Origin: Steroidobacteraceae bacterium
GTDB lineage: Bacteria > Pseudomonadota > Gammaproteobacteria > Steroidobacterales > Steroidobacteraceae
Reading direction: 5' to 3'
Length of the DNA: 64,000 nucleotides
Assembly: GCA_049425405.1 (NCBI GenBank)
Contig: JBMSXG010000001.1
Coordinates: 104,812-168,811, forward strand
Shown: in pieces, positions 49,083 through 58,573 of the stretch
How the letters are laid out: every line of letters begins with the position of its first letter
Position numbering within the stretch: the first letter of the stretch is position 1
Position numbers and translations under genes: made by a program
Notes under the pieces: model-generated
The model's input: only the letters and a program-made list of their open reading frames with translations
Database searches by the model: none
Told to the model about the DNA's origin: nothing

Positions 49083-49369
49083 GCTGTCGTAACGTTCTGT
49101 CCCTGACCAACGCCACCCTGATCGGTGTCTCTGTACTGATGTCAGCCTGCGCACCCGTCGCACCGCTCGCCAACGGCGATGCAACACGGACCTGGATCCG
49201 CGAGCAGACGTTTGATCCGGGCGCGAGTGCACGCCATGGTGATCAAGCGCCGCAGGGTACCGACCCCGAGGTAACTAACAACGCCGTCGAGCAGCTGCGC
49301 AAGCCTTCGAAGACCCCGCGTTCCGCGGCGGGCAGCCTGCCCGATGTCCTGAAGGAACTTGTGGAATGA
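49079..49369 (+). CDS. small Tad-locus lipoprotein (possibly DUF3613-like)
   Basis: Lipobox VLMSA|C. ATGA overlaps on both sides. Family assignment is tentative. Confidence 0.55.
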   Translation: MSCRNVLSLTNATLIGVSVLMSACAPVAPLANGDATRTWIREQTFDPGASARHGDQAPQGTDPEVTNNAVEQLRKPSKTPRSAAGSLPDVLKELVE

Positions 49370-50616
49370 CGATCCGTCGAGCAGCTCGTGGCGTCTCGCT
49401 GATCATCGTGACGATCGCGCTGGCCGCGATCGCCGGGGTGGCGGGTCTCGCCATCGATTTGGCAAATACGCTGTCGAACAAGGCGAGGCTGCAGGCGGCG
49501 GTCGATGCCGCAGCGCTCGCGGGTGCCAAAGCTCTCGATCAGACCGGCACGGATACCGCAGCACTCGCTGCGGCATCTAGCGTGTTCGATGCCAACACGG
49601 ACGCTTACACCGATCTAACCGATCTCGTTTTCCCCGGTCTCGAATACTCTGATCTGCCGGTCCCGTTCGCCCCGAAGCCGTTCGAGACGGGCGAGGATGC
49701 ACCACGCTATGTGCGGGTGAGCGTCGAAGACCGCTCGGTGGCGACGAGTCTGCTGCGCGTGCTCGGTATCGAGGATCTGTTCGTGCGCGCAAGTGCAGTC
49801 GCCGGACCGAGCCCGGCTGTGAGCTACGGTTGCAGCCTGCTGCCGATCGCCGCCTGTGCCGACACGGCTGCCGGTGCACCAGACTACGGCTTCACACCCG
49901 GGAAACTGATTGCGCTCACCTTTACCAGCGACCCGACGGTGACCGGCCCGAGCAAGTTCGGCGAGGCTTTTCTCATCAGCTTCGATCAGGCCGGTGCGGA
50001 TGCGATTCGGCGCAATCTCGCCGGCGGTTACAACCAATGCATCGGCATCCCGGATATCGTCTCAGTGAAACCCGGCGCGAACTCGGGTCCGCTCGAGCAG
50101 GGGTTCAATACGCGCTTTGGAATCTATCAAAGCCAGACAGCGCTCAACGAGGCGAACTACCCGCCGGATGTGATCGTGAGCGAAGCTTCGCCCCCGTTGG
50201 CGGTTTCCTTGATCAACAACGTCGAACAGGTGATCTGGAACGGCACCCCCTACACCAACGCGAACGATTCCGGCGCGAACTTTTTCAGTCACGCCGACTA
50301 TCTCTCGAAGATTGCGGCCGGCCCGCCGTACGAGCGTACGCCGCGGCCCGAGGGTCCGGCGGTGTTCAAGCGACGCGAGGCGGCGCTGCCCATCGTCGAT
50401 TGCGGCCCGATCGGCCAGCGCGAAACCGATCTGCCCGTGTTGAAGCTCGGCTGTTTTTTCTTGCTGCAGCGTGCCAGCACGAGTGCAAAGAAAACCCGCG
50501 TGTTCGCGGAATACATCGAGCGATGCGAGGCCGGCGGTCGACCAGGCCCGAATCCCAGCGGCACCGGACCATACGTGATCCAGCTGTATCGAGATAGCGA
50601 CAGCCAAGATTCCTGA
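49366..50616 (+). CDS. tadG: TadG-like pilus assembly protein
   Basis: N-terminus RGVSLIIVTIALAAIAGVAGLAIDLAN....ARLQAAVDAAALAGA matches the TadG-type N-terminal domain. Confidence 0.75.
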   Translation: MTIRRAARGVSLIIVTIALAAIAGVAGLAIDLANTLSNKARLQAAVDAAALAGAKALDQTGTDTAALAAASSVFDANTDAYTDLTDLVFPGLEYSDLPVPFAPKPFETGEDAPRYVRVSVEDRSVATSLLRVLGIEDLFVRASAVAGPSPAVSYGCSLLPIAACADTAAGAPDYGFTPGKLIALTFTSDPTVTGPSKFGEAFLISFDQAGADAIRRNLAGGYNQCIGIPDIVSVKPGANSGPLEQGFNTRFGIYQSQTALNEANYPPDVIVSEASPPLAVSLINNVEQVIWNGTPYTNANDSGANFFSHADYLSKIAAGPPYERTPRPEGPAVFKRREAALPIVDCGPIGQRETDLPVLKLGCFFLLQRASTSAKKTRVFAEYIERCEAGGRPGPNPSGTGPYVIQLYRDSDSQDS

Positions 50617-50624
50617 GATCGACG

Positions 50625-51131
50625 ATGAGCCCCGCACTTCACCCCCCTCGTCATCTACGTGGCCTCGCGCTCGTTGAAACCGCGATCGCGCTGCCAATCC
50701 TGCTCATATTCCTTGTCGCGGCGGCTGAGGTGGGTCGTGCGTTCGTGCAGTACACGTTGCTGTCGCATCACGTTCACGGCGCTGCACGCTATCTCGCCGA
50801 GCAGGCACTCGATGGCACCACGGGCATCCCGAACCTCGATCGCATCGATCCCGATGCGCTTACCGCTGGTGACACAGCGACTATCCGCGAGCTCGCCCGC
50901 CGCCTGCTCGTTTTCGGCACCACCTGCCCCGGTGCACCCGCCTGTGCCACACCGACCGAGGTGCTGGAGGGTCTTGACGACTCGCCGATCGACATCTCGG
51001 TGATCGGTGTCGATGTCGAGGCGCGTGCGCGTTACGACTATCAGCCTTTGCTGGTCGATGTGCTACCGCGACTGCTTGGGGTGTCCGATGCCTTTCACTT
51101 CGATGTCCGCGTGAGGATGCGCCCGCTATGA
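50625..51131 (+). CDS. tadE: TadE-like pseudopilin
   Basis: LRG|LALVETAIALPILLIFLVAAAEVGRAF (TadE N-terminal motif with Glu at +5). Confidence 0.75.
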   Translation: MSPALHPPRHLRGLALVETAIALPILLIFLVAAAEVGRAFVQYTLLSHHVHGAARYLAEQALDGTTGIPNLDRIDPDALTAGDTATIRELARRLLVFGTTCPGAPACATPTEVLEGLDDSPIDISVIGVDVEARARYDYQPLLVDVLPRLLGVSDAFHFDVRVRMRPL

Positions 51132-51595
51132 ACTCTCGCGGCGTGACAACGGTGGAATTCGCACTGATCTCGGTAGTGCTCTTTTTGACACTGTTTGCGA
51201 GCATCGAAGTTGCCCGCGCAATGTTCGTACGTGCGATTCTCGAAGAGGGCGCCCGTCGCGCTGCGCGTCTTGCAGTGGTGAGCCCCGCGGATACCGCGAC
51301 GCTCACCATGCTGCGCGAAATGGCGTGCTTTGGAGCCGAAGGCCAGTGCGCCGTCTTCACGCCGGATCTCACCCCCGACCAGATCGGCGTGCAGTACCTC
51401 GATTATGCGGGCTCTCCCGTCGCAGCACCTGCGAGCGACCCTGGTGCGGTGCGTTACGTGCGCGTTCAGGTCAGTGCAGGCGGCGATAGCGGTTATCGAC
51501 TACCACTGCTGATTCCATTCATCGACGTCGAGTATCCCGTGGGCGAGATTGCTTCGATCCAGCCTGCGCAGAGCCTCGGCGTCCATCCCGACTAG
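51128..51595 (+). CDS. TadE/TadF-like pseudopilin
   Basis: MNSRG|VTTVEFALISVVLFLTLFASIEVARAMF. ATGA coupling. Confidence 0.75.
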   Translation: MNSRGVTTVEFALISVVLFLTLFASIEVARAMFVRAILEEGARRAARLAVVSPADTATLTMLREMACFGAEGQCAVFTPDLTPDQIGVQYLDYAGSPVAAPASDPGAVRYVRVQVSAGGDSGYRLPLLIPFIDVEYPVGEIASIQPAQSLGVHPD

Positions 51596-51606
51596 AGGAG
51601 TGTTCG

Positions 51607-52809
51607 ATGACGAATTCGATGCCGCTGCTGCAGGTGTATCTCGCGAGTCGCTCAGCTGATTGGCTACAGGAGACGGGGCGACTGCTGGCAGATATACCGG
51701 GTATCGCCGTGACAATGCGTAACACGATGCATCAGCCGCTCGATGGCTTGTTGCGAGAGCCTGTCTCTCCGGACGTCGTTGTCGTCAACTGCAGCGACGA
51801 GGAGCTTGGCGATCTCGATGCCCTGGCGCTATTAGAGCCTGGTGCACGACCCACGGTCATCGCCTGCGGCACACTGACCACACCGGTGGCCAACCGTGCC
51901 GTGGTGCGCGCCGGGGCGACCGATTTACTGTCAGCGAGTCCGCAGCGCGCCGAGCTTCAGGCTGCACTCGGGCGTCTGGTGCACCACAGTCGACCCGCGA
52001 TCGCCGTGTCGGGCCGTGGCGACACCACTACGGTGATCGGCGCAGCCGGAGGCGTCGGCGCAACGTTCCTCGCTTGCAATCTCGCTCACCTGGCCGCGAT
52101 CAGCAGTGGGGGTCGGGCTTTGCTTATCGATCTTGATCTCGCGTACTCGCCGATGGCCGGGGTTCTCAACCTGAACCCCGAACGTGGACTTACCGAGGCG
52201 TTGCAACAGCTTGCCTCGCTAGATGCCGTCGCCCTCGAGGGCTACATCGCTCGGCACGAGAGCGGTTTGGGTTTGCTCGCGGGGGGTCCCAACGTCACGC
52301 TGCAAGAGCGTATCGATGTCGAAAAATTTCGTGGCCTCCTCAATCTGTTACTAAACACCCAGGGCCATATCTTTGTAGAAGGCAGTCGCTGGCTCGATGG
52401 TCCGACCATGGCGGCGCTAGAGGAATCACGCCACGTGCTCGTGGTGGTGAACCAATCGGTCGTGCAGGTGCGCAACGCGGCGCGGCTTTATCGCCTGCTC
52501 TGGCAGCAATGTGCTGTACCTCGTGAGCGGCTGATGGTGGTCCTTAATCGCCACTCGAGTCACTCGCCCGTGCAGCAGGATATGGTCCAACGCGCCATCG
52601 GCTGCGACACGCCGTTCGTCATCCCGGAGGTTTCCGAGCTCGCGAGCGACAGTCTCGATGGGGGAATCCCCGTATTCGATCTCGATCGCTCTTCCGAGCT
52701 CTCGCGCACCCTGATGCAACTCGGGCGCACGCTAGGTACCTGTAATCATGCAGAACCCGTGGGGCTACTGCGGCGGGCGATGACCCTGTTCTCGAGTAAG
52801 CGTCCATGA
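51607..52809 (+). CDS. cpaE: CpaE/TadZ: atypical receiver domain plus ParA/MinD-like domain
   Basis: REC-like N-domain without the phospho-Asp (VVVVNCS). P-loop-like [16 protein letters not shown]. Position immediately upstream of cpaF. Confidence 0.8.
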   Translation: MTNSMPLLQVYLASRSADWLQETGRLLADIPGIAVTMRNTMHQPLDGLLREPVSPDVVVVNCSDEELGDLDALALLEPGARPTVIACGTLTTPVANRAVVRAGATDLLSASPQRAELQAALGRLVHHSRPAIAVSGRGDTTTVIGAAGGVGATFLACNLAHLAAISSGGRALLIDLDLAYSPMAGVLNLNPERGLTEALQQLASLDAVALEGYIARHESGLGLLAGGPNVTLQERIDVEKFRGLLNLLLNTQGHIFVEGSRWLDGPTMAALEESRHVLVVVNQSVVQVRNAARLYRLLWQQCAVPRERLMVVLNRHSSHSPVQQDMVQRAIGCDTPFVIPEVSELASDSLDGGIPVFDLDRSSELSRTLMQLGRTLGTCNHAEPVGLLRRAMTLFSSKRP

Positions 52810-54134
52810 ACGCTGTCGTGGCTGCCGTGTTGCCTTCGTCGGCGCTCGAGCTCGAGTGGAAGCAGCGCATCCTACAGCGCCTGCTCGAGATCCTCGATCT
52901 GACGCAGCTGTCGCGGGCCGGAGAAGGTGCCGCACGCTCGCAGATCCGAGAGCACACCGCACGTCTACTGGCTGAGCACGCTGCGCCGCTGAGCGCTGCA
53001 CAACGTCAGGCTCTGGTGACACAGGTTGAGGACGAGGTCCTCGGGTTCGGTCCGCTCGAGCCGCTGTTACGCGACCCGTCCGTTTCGGACATCCTCGTCA
53101 ATGGGTCCCATGAGGTGTATCTCGAGCGTCGCGGCAAGCTCGAGCGCACGGCTATCGTGTTCAACGACGATCTGCACCTGATGAATATCATCGATCGGAT
53201 TGTCTCGGCCGTCGGCCGACGCGTCGATGAGGCCTCGCCGATGGTGGACGCGCGTCTGAAAGACGGCTCGCGCGTCAACGTAATCATTCCGCCACTCGCT
53301 CTCGATGGCCCAGTGCTCTCGATCCGCAAATTCGCAGCCGATCCGTTGACCACCGACGATTTGGTGCGCTTTGGCACTCTGAGCCTACCGATCGTTCGGG
53401 TGCTGCGCGCCATCGTCCACGCTCGGCTCAACGTCGTGATCTCCGGTGGTACAGGCTCTGGCAAAACGACTCTACTTAACGTGCTTTCAGGCTTCATCCC
53501 GGAGACCGAGCGCATCGTCACCATTGAGGATTCAGCGGAATTACAACTACGCCAGCCCCACGTCGTGCGCCTCGAGACCCGCCAACCGAACATCGAGGGT
53601 AAGGGACAGGTTATGCAGCGTGATCTCGTGCGTAACAGTCTACGCATGCGGCCTGATCGTATTGTCGTCGGTGAGGTCCGTGGCGCCGAAGCGCTCGATA
53701 TGTTGCAGGCGATGAACACGGGCCACGATGGCTCGCTCACTACGGTCCACGCCAATTCGGCTCGCGATGCGCTGAGCCGTATCGAGACGATGGTAGCGAT
53801 GACCGGCATGCCGTTCCCGATTCGAGCGCTACGAACCCAAATCGCCTCGGCCATCAATGTCGTGATCCATACCGAGCGGCAAGAGGATGGTCATCGACGC
53901 TTGACGAGTATTCAAGAGATCAACGGCATGGAGGGCAACACCGTGACGATGACCGAGATTTTCACTTTCAATCGCACCGGTCTCGATGCCAACGGTAACG
54001 TCCAGGGCGAGCATGCCTCGACCGGCATCGTGCCGGGCTTCTACACGCGGCTCAAACAGCGCGGTATCGAGCTGCCACTCGAGGTCTTTGCGACGAAATC
54101 GCCACCCCCCAACAAGACGGGAGACTGCTCATGA
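52806..54134 (+). CDS. cpaF: Tad secretion ATPase CpaF/TadA
   Basis: [14 protein letters not shown] Walker [48 protein letters not shown]. Confidence 0.95.
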   Translation: MNAVVAAVLPSSALELEWKQRILQRLLEILDLTQLSRAGEGAARSQIREHTARLLAEHAAPLSAAQRQALVTQVEDEVLGFGPLEPLLRDPSVSDILVNGSHEVYLERRGKLERTAIVFNDDLHLMNIIDRIVSAVGRRVDEASPMVDARLKDGSRVNVIIPPLALDGPVLSIRKFAADPLTTDDLVRFGTLSLPIVRVLRAIVHARLNVVISGGTGSGKTTLLNVLSGFIPETERIVTIEDSAELQLRQPHVVRLETRQPNIEGKGQVMQRDLVRNSLRMRPDRIVVGEVRGAEALDMLQAMNTGHDGSLTTVHANSARDALSRIETMVAMTGMPFPIRALRTQIASAINVVIHTERQEDGHRRLTSIQEINGMEGNTVTMTEIFTFNRTGLDANGNVQGEHASTGIVPGFYTRLKQRGIELPLEVFATKSPPPNKTGDCS

Positions 54135-55102
54135 CGACACCCATCGTGGTTTTCGTCCTGCTCGTATTCGTCGCGATCTTCCTGCTGTCGCAGGGGCTTG
54201 TCGTGCCGGCTTTCGGTGAGGGTGCCCGGCGCGAGCGACGCCTACGACGCCGACTCGCCGAGATCCAAGGCGATCCACGTATCGAGACTCAGTCGCTGCT
54301 GCGCAGCAAATACCTTGAGCAGCTCTCGCCGCTTGAGCAGCGACTGGAGGCCTTGCCCGGTCTCGGTTGGTTACGCCGCGTGATCGATCAAGCGGGGCTC
54401 GAGCAGCCGGCGCATTACGTCCTCGCACAGATGATTCTGCTCGCCTTGCTGGGTTTTGCCTTGGTCTTGTTGTTTCAGCTCGGCCCGTCGCTCGCGCTGG
54501 CTGCGGCACTGCTTTTGGCGGCTGCACCACCCGGGCGTCTGCTGTATCTGCGCCGGCGCCGCATTCACGAGATCGAACGTCAGTTGCCCGATGCGATCGA
54601 GGTTATGAAGCGCTCGTTGAAAGCTGGCCATCCGTTTGTGGCGTCGCTGAAGCTGGTTGGACAGGATCTTGATGCACCAATAGGAGCAGAGTTTTCCAAG
54701 ACCGCCGCGGATCTGAGTTACGGCGCCGACCCGCGCGCTGCGCTCATTAATTTGCTCGCTCGCGTACCGAGTCTGGCGCTGATGGGATTCGTCACCGCGA
54801 TTCTCATTCAACGCGAGACCGGCGGTAATCTTGCAGAGATCCTCGATCAGATCGCTAATGTCATTCGCGGACGGTACCGTTTCCAGCGCCGCGTACGCAC
54901 GCTCTCGGCCGAGGGGCGTATGTCTGCTTGGGTGCTGACGCTCGTGCCGTTCGTGCTCGCATTGATTCTGCATCTGACGAGTCCCAATTACCTGAAGGTC
55001 ATGCTCACAGAGCCACTCGGGCGCCAACTGCTGATCGCCTGCGGAGTGCTGATGCTGAGCGGAGTTCTGTGGATGCGCCGCATCATTCGTGTCGAGGTGT
55101 GA
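54131..55102 (+). CDS. tadB: Tad inner-membrane platform protein TadB
   Basis: T2SSF-type domain ([18 protein letters not shown]). ATGA coupling. Confidence 0.85.
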   Translation: MTTPIVVFVLLVFVAIFLLSQGLVVPAFGEGARRERRLRRRLAEIQGDPRIETQSLLRSKYLEQLSPLEQRLEALPGLGWLRRVIDQAGLEQPAHYVLAQMILLALLGFALVLLFQLGPSLALAAALLLAAAPPGRLLYLRRRRIHEIERQLPDAIEVMKRSLKAGHPFVASLKLVGQDLDAPIGAEFSKTAADLSYGADPRAALINLLARVPSLALMGFVTAILIQRETGGNLAEILDQIANVIRGRYRFQRRVRTLSAEGRMSAWVLTLVPFVLALILHLTSPNYLKVMLTEPLGRQLLIACGVLMLSGVLWMRRIIRVEV

Positions 55103-55105
55103 CTC

Positions 55106-56014
55106 ATGTATCCAATCGTGATCGCCCTATGGGCTGCCGCTGCATTCACCGTCTCTTTCGCCGCGTTGTCCTGGTGGGCGGAGTTTCGGGATCCTGCCCA
55201 GCAGCGTCTGGCGGGATTGGCTGCGGGTGCGCAGACATCGGTCCTAGCGCAACCGCGGTGGCTCGAGCGCCTCGCGCCTCTTAGTCGCTGGTTGATGCCG
55301 GCGGGAGGCCGCGAGCGCAAACGACTCGAGTCGATGCTCGGTTTAGCCGGTTTCCGCGGCCCTAAGGCATTACGAATATTTTTCGGCGTGAAGATGCTAC
55401 TCGCGGTGTCACTTCCGCTCGTCTGGGCGTTCTTCGCAGCTTGGTTGCCCAAGCTGAGTGCGAACCAGATCGTATGGGTGGCGTATGCGCTCATCTTCGT
55501 CGGGCTCGTGGCGCCAAACCGCTGGCTCGCCTACCGGGTTGAGTTGCGCCAGCGACGGTTACGCGAGGGCTTTCCCGACGCCCTTGATCTGCTGGTGATC
55601 TGCGTCGAGGCGGGTCTTGGGCTCACAGCCGCCATCGAGCGCGTCGCCCAAGAGTTGCGCTTCACGCATCCGGAGCTCGCGGCAGAGCTCGCACTCGTCA
55701 ACGTCGAGACGCGAGCGGGTATCGATCGTGAGGTAGCACTGCATAACCTGAACGAACGTACAGGGCTGCCAGAGATCCGCGGGCTCGTGAGTCTGTTAGC
55801 ACAGACATTGCGCTTCGGTACCGGTATCGCCGATAGCCTGCGAATCTACTCGGCGGAGTTTCGCGACCAGCGCATGCAGCATGCTGAGGAGCGCGCGGCG
55901 AAGATCGGAACTCAACTCATCTTCCCGCTGATTCTTTGTCTGTTTCCCTCGTTCTTCGCCGTGGCGGTAGGGCCAGCGGCGATCCGCTTGATCGAGGCGT
56001 TTGCGCCGCGCTGA
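55106..56014 (+). CDS. tadC: Tad inner-membrane platform protein TadC
   Basis: T2SSF-type domain (FPDALDLLVICVEAGLGL). Confidence 0.85.
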   Translation: MYPIVIALWAAAAFTVSFAALSWWAEFRDPAQQRLAGLAAGAQTSVLAQPRWLERLAPLSRWLMPAGGRERKRLESMLGLAGFRGPKALRIFFGVKMLLAVSLPLVWAFFAAWLPKLSANQIVWVAYALIFVGLVAPNRWLAYRVELRQRRLREGFPDALDLLVICVEAGLGLTAAIERVAQELRFTHPELAAELALVNVETRAGIDREVALHNLNERTGLPEIRGLVSLLAQTLRFGTGIADSLRIYSAEFRDQRMQHAEERAAKIGTQLIFPLILCLFPSFFAVAVGPAAIRLIEAFAPR

Positions 56015-56041
56015 GCGTTGCTCGCTCAACGTCAGATCATC

Positions 56042-56932
56042 ATGAAGCCCGCCTATCGATCTGCAGGAACTCTTCCGTTACTCGTCGCAACCTTATTGAT
56101 CGAGGCGGCGCTAACCGGCTGCACGTCGACCCGCGCCGCGGCTGAGCCTCCAGTGACCGATACCGCGTCCGTTGAACTCACGCGCGGCGATGAGTCGTGG
56201 CGTGCCGGCCGTTTCGAGACGGCGAGCTGGCATTATCTTAAGGCGGGCCGTCTCGATCCCACGTCTGATGTGCCGCTGTTGCGTCTGGGCGCCCTGCAGG
56301 AGAGTCTCGGTCGGGGTGATCTCGCGCTGCGATTTTGGCAGCTCGCCGCAGAGCGCAATCCACAGCGGGCGCTGACCCGACAGCGTCTGGGTTTCGCCCG
56401 GCTTGCCGAGGCGGACCCGACCGGTGCGAGCGCCGAGTTTGCTCAGGCACTCGTCCTCGATGCGGGGCTGTGGCGTTCACGATTCGGCGCGGCTTTGGCC
56501 TCCGAGGCGCTCGGCGATCTGGTGCTGGCGCAGCGTCACCTCGATGACGCCTTGCTTGCGCAGCCGCTATCGGCAGAGCTGCTTGCTCACAGCGCTCGAA
56601 TTGCTCTTCGGCTCGGTCAGTCCGTGCGTGCCCGTCGGGAAGCCGAGGCCGCACTCGCGCTCGAGCCGCGTGACGAGGCGACACTCGTGCTCGCAGACCT
56701 GCAGGCGCTGGACGGTGACTACGCTCGAGCGCTCGAGAGTTACCACAGCGTGCTTACCGAAGCCGCCGCCTACGAGCGGCTCGGAGAGCGTGCACTCGAG
56801 CGCGATGACCCCATACATGCCGTACAATTTTTTGACGAAGCCATCGTGGCATCGCCCGTCCATCTCGAATCCGCACGCCAGCGCCGTGCCATTGCTCGCG
56901 CCCGGCTCGATGTCTCGCAGCGCACGCCCTGA
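56042..56932 (+). CDS. tadD: TPR-repeat lipoprotein TadD
   Basis: Lipobox LTG|C, then TPR-like repeats. Last gene of the locus. ATG 56042 preferred over 56018. Confidence 0.7.
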   Translation: MKPAYRSAGTLPLLVATLLIEAALTGCTSTRAAAEPPVTDTASVELTRGDESWRAGRFETASWHYLKAGRLDPTSDVPLLRLGALQESLGRGDLALRFWQLAAERNPQRALTRQRLGFARLAEADPTGASAEFAQALVLDAGLWRSRFGAALASEALGDLVLAQRHLDDALLAQPLSAELLAHSARIALRLGQSVRARREAEAALALEPRDEATLVLADLQALDGDYARALESYHSVLTEAAAYERLGERALERDDPIHAVQFFDEAIVASPVHLESARQRRAIARARLDVSQRTP

Positions 56933-57055
56933 TCAACGTAGCGCAATACGTACAAGTCGGTGCTGTACCGAACGCCATAACGTGATCCGCCGTACGGTAG
57001 GACCCGAACGGTAAGCCGTAGCGTGACCGCATCAACCTTCACCCGGAGGACGACG

Positions 57056-57814
57056 ATGACGGTTATCGAAGAAATGGAACGTAACGAGCTGCTGCGCACT
57101 CTGCCTGAGGAGCAGCGCCGCCGGCTGTTGCCACGGCTCGACCGCGTAGACTTACCGAACGGTTATGTACTGTCGGATGTCGGGCGGCGTCCCGCACACG
57201 TGTACTTCCCCACCCAGGCCGTGATCACCCTGCACCATGTATTGCAGGACTGCTTCTCGGCGGAGTTCGCCATCATCGGGCGGGAGGGTGTGGTTGGGCT
57301 TGACGCCATGTTTGGTGATCGACCATCGGCAGATCGGGCCGTGGTGCTGCAGGGCGGTGGGGCGCTGCGCATCGATAAGCGCGCACTCAAGTGGGAGTTC
57401 TTTCGCTCCCAGGAGCTGCAGCAAGTATTGATCAATTACACCTGGTCGCTGATGGGGCTTGTCGCGCAAACAGCGGTATGCAATCGCCACCATCGGCTCG
57501 ATCAGCGCCTGTGCCGCTGGCTGCTGCTCGCACAGGATCGACTACCGAGCAACGATCTACAGATCACCCAGGAATTTCTCTCGCACCTGCTCGGCGTACG
57601 CCGCGAGGGCGTCACGCAGGCGGCCGGTCGGCTGCAGCGCTCGGGCCTCATTCGTCATCGTCGCGGCCACATCACGATCGTGGATCGCGGTGGCCTCGAA
57701 CACGGTGCCTGCGAGTGCTATCAGACGGCGCGCAAGACCTACGGGGCGCCGCGACCCGTCGAGTTACGCCCGCCGGGCAGCAACGGCCCGGCGCCCACGG
57801 CCTTGTCGGCATGA
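57056..57814 (+). CDS. Crp/Fnr-family transcriptional regulator
   Basis: cNMP-binding-like beta-roll (YFPTQAVITL...IIGREGVVG) and C-terminal HTH (QEFLSHLLGVRREGVTQAAGRLQRSGLI). Confidence 0.85.
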   Translation: MTVIEEMERNELLRTLPEEQRRRLLPRLDRVDLPNGYVLSDVGRRPAHVYFPTQAVITLHHVLQDCFSAEFAIIGREGVVGLDAMFGDRPSADRAVVLQGGGALRIDKRALKWEFFRSQELQQVLINYTWSLMGLVAQTAVCNRHHRLDQRLCRWLLLAQDRLPSNDLQITQEFLSHLLGVRREGVTQAAGRLQRSGLIRHRRGHITIVDRGGLEHGACECYQTARKTYGAPRPVELRPPGSNGPAPTALSA

Positions 57815-57934
57815 CCGGTCGGTCGAGCACCCGCGCCGGTGTCTGGCGTTGGCGCTGCACGCGCGCGCTTCGGCACTGGATCGGTATGCAGTGCCACGCC
57901 CGCAGTGGCGATGGGGGGATCAGGCGCGCGGGGA

Positions 57935-58573
57935 TCAGCCGCGCACTGCATCCCCGCTCGCCTTACGGGCGCGCTTCATCGCAACGAGGCCCCAGCCGCT
58001 GAGTGCAAACACGGTCGAGATACCAGCCGCGTTAACGAGAGCGGCCGGGTATCCGATACGTGAGACATCGATAAAGAAATACGGGTAGAGACCCGTCAGT
58101 TCGCCGCGTAGCCCGAGATAACCGAGGTAGGCGAGCGGATACGCGAGTAATTTGCCGACGTCGATCCACTGCAGCGAGCCGTGCGGGACCGCTCGCCACC
58201 AGAACAGGGCAAACGCGGGCGGTACGACGTAGTGCATCACTACATTGACCAGCATCTGCAAGCCTTGTGGATTCCATTGATCGCGCAGCAGACCGACATA
58301 GATCCCGCCCACCATCAGGATGGACAGTGTCGCTGCACTTGTCACCCACGGGCGCGGCGTGCGCCCGAGCGCATGAGCGGTCGCGACCAGTGCGCAGAAG
58401 CCATTGCTGAGGATGGTGAAGTATCCGAGGTACATCAGCACGCCGAAGGCGGCCGTGCGTCCCTGCAGCAGCTGAGTGCGGATGCTCAGATACAGCTGCA
58501 GCAGCAGGCCGATCCAGCCGACGATCGCCAGCGCGCGCGCGAGGATTCGATCGCTCACCAGTAGTGCTGCCAT
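57935..58573 (-). CDS. hypothetical integral membrane protein (about 6 TM)
   Basis: Hydrophobic throughout. Its start overlaps the upstream CN-hydrolase stop by 19 nt. Family not confidently recognised. Confidence 0.6.
   Translation of the reverse strand: MAALLVSDRILARALAIVGWIGLLLQLYLSIRTQLLQGRTAAFGVLMYLGYFTILSNGFCALVATAHALGRTPRPWVTSAATLSILMVGGIYVGLLRDQWNPQGLQMLVNVVMHYVVPPAFALFWWRAVPHGSLQWIDVGKLLAYPLAYLGYLGLRGELTGLYPYFFIDVSRIGYPAALVNAAGISTVFALSGWGLVAMKRARKASGDAVRG

Noticed and set aside
57879-57902. GGCACTG-N10-CAGTGCC inverted repeat after the crp-family gene as a terminator or operator
   Set aside because: No U-tract and no second copy. It may be real but is not supportable from sequence alone.
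45828-57934. Tad locus as a mobile genomic island
   Set aside because: No integrase, transposase, tRNA, flanking direct repeats or evident compositional break was seen at either border.
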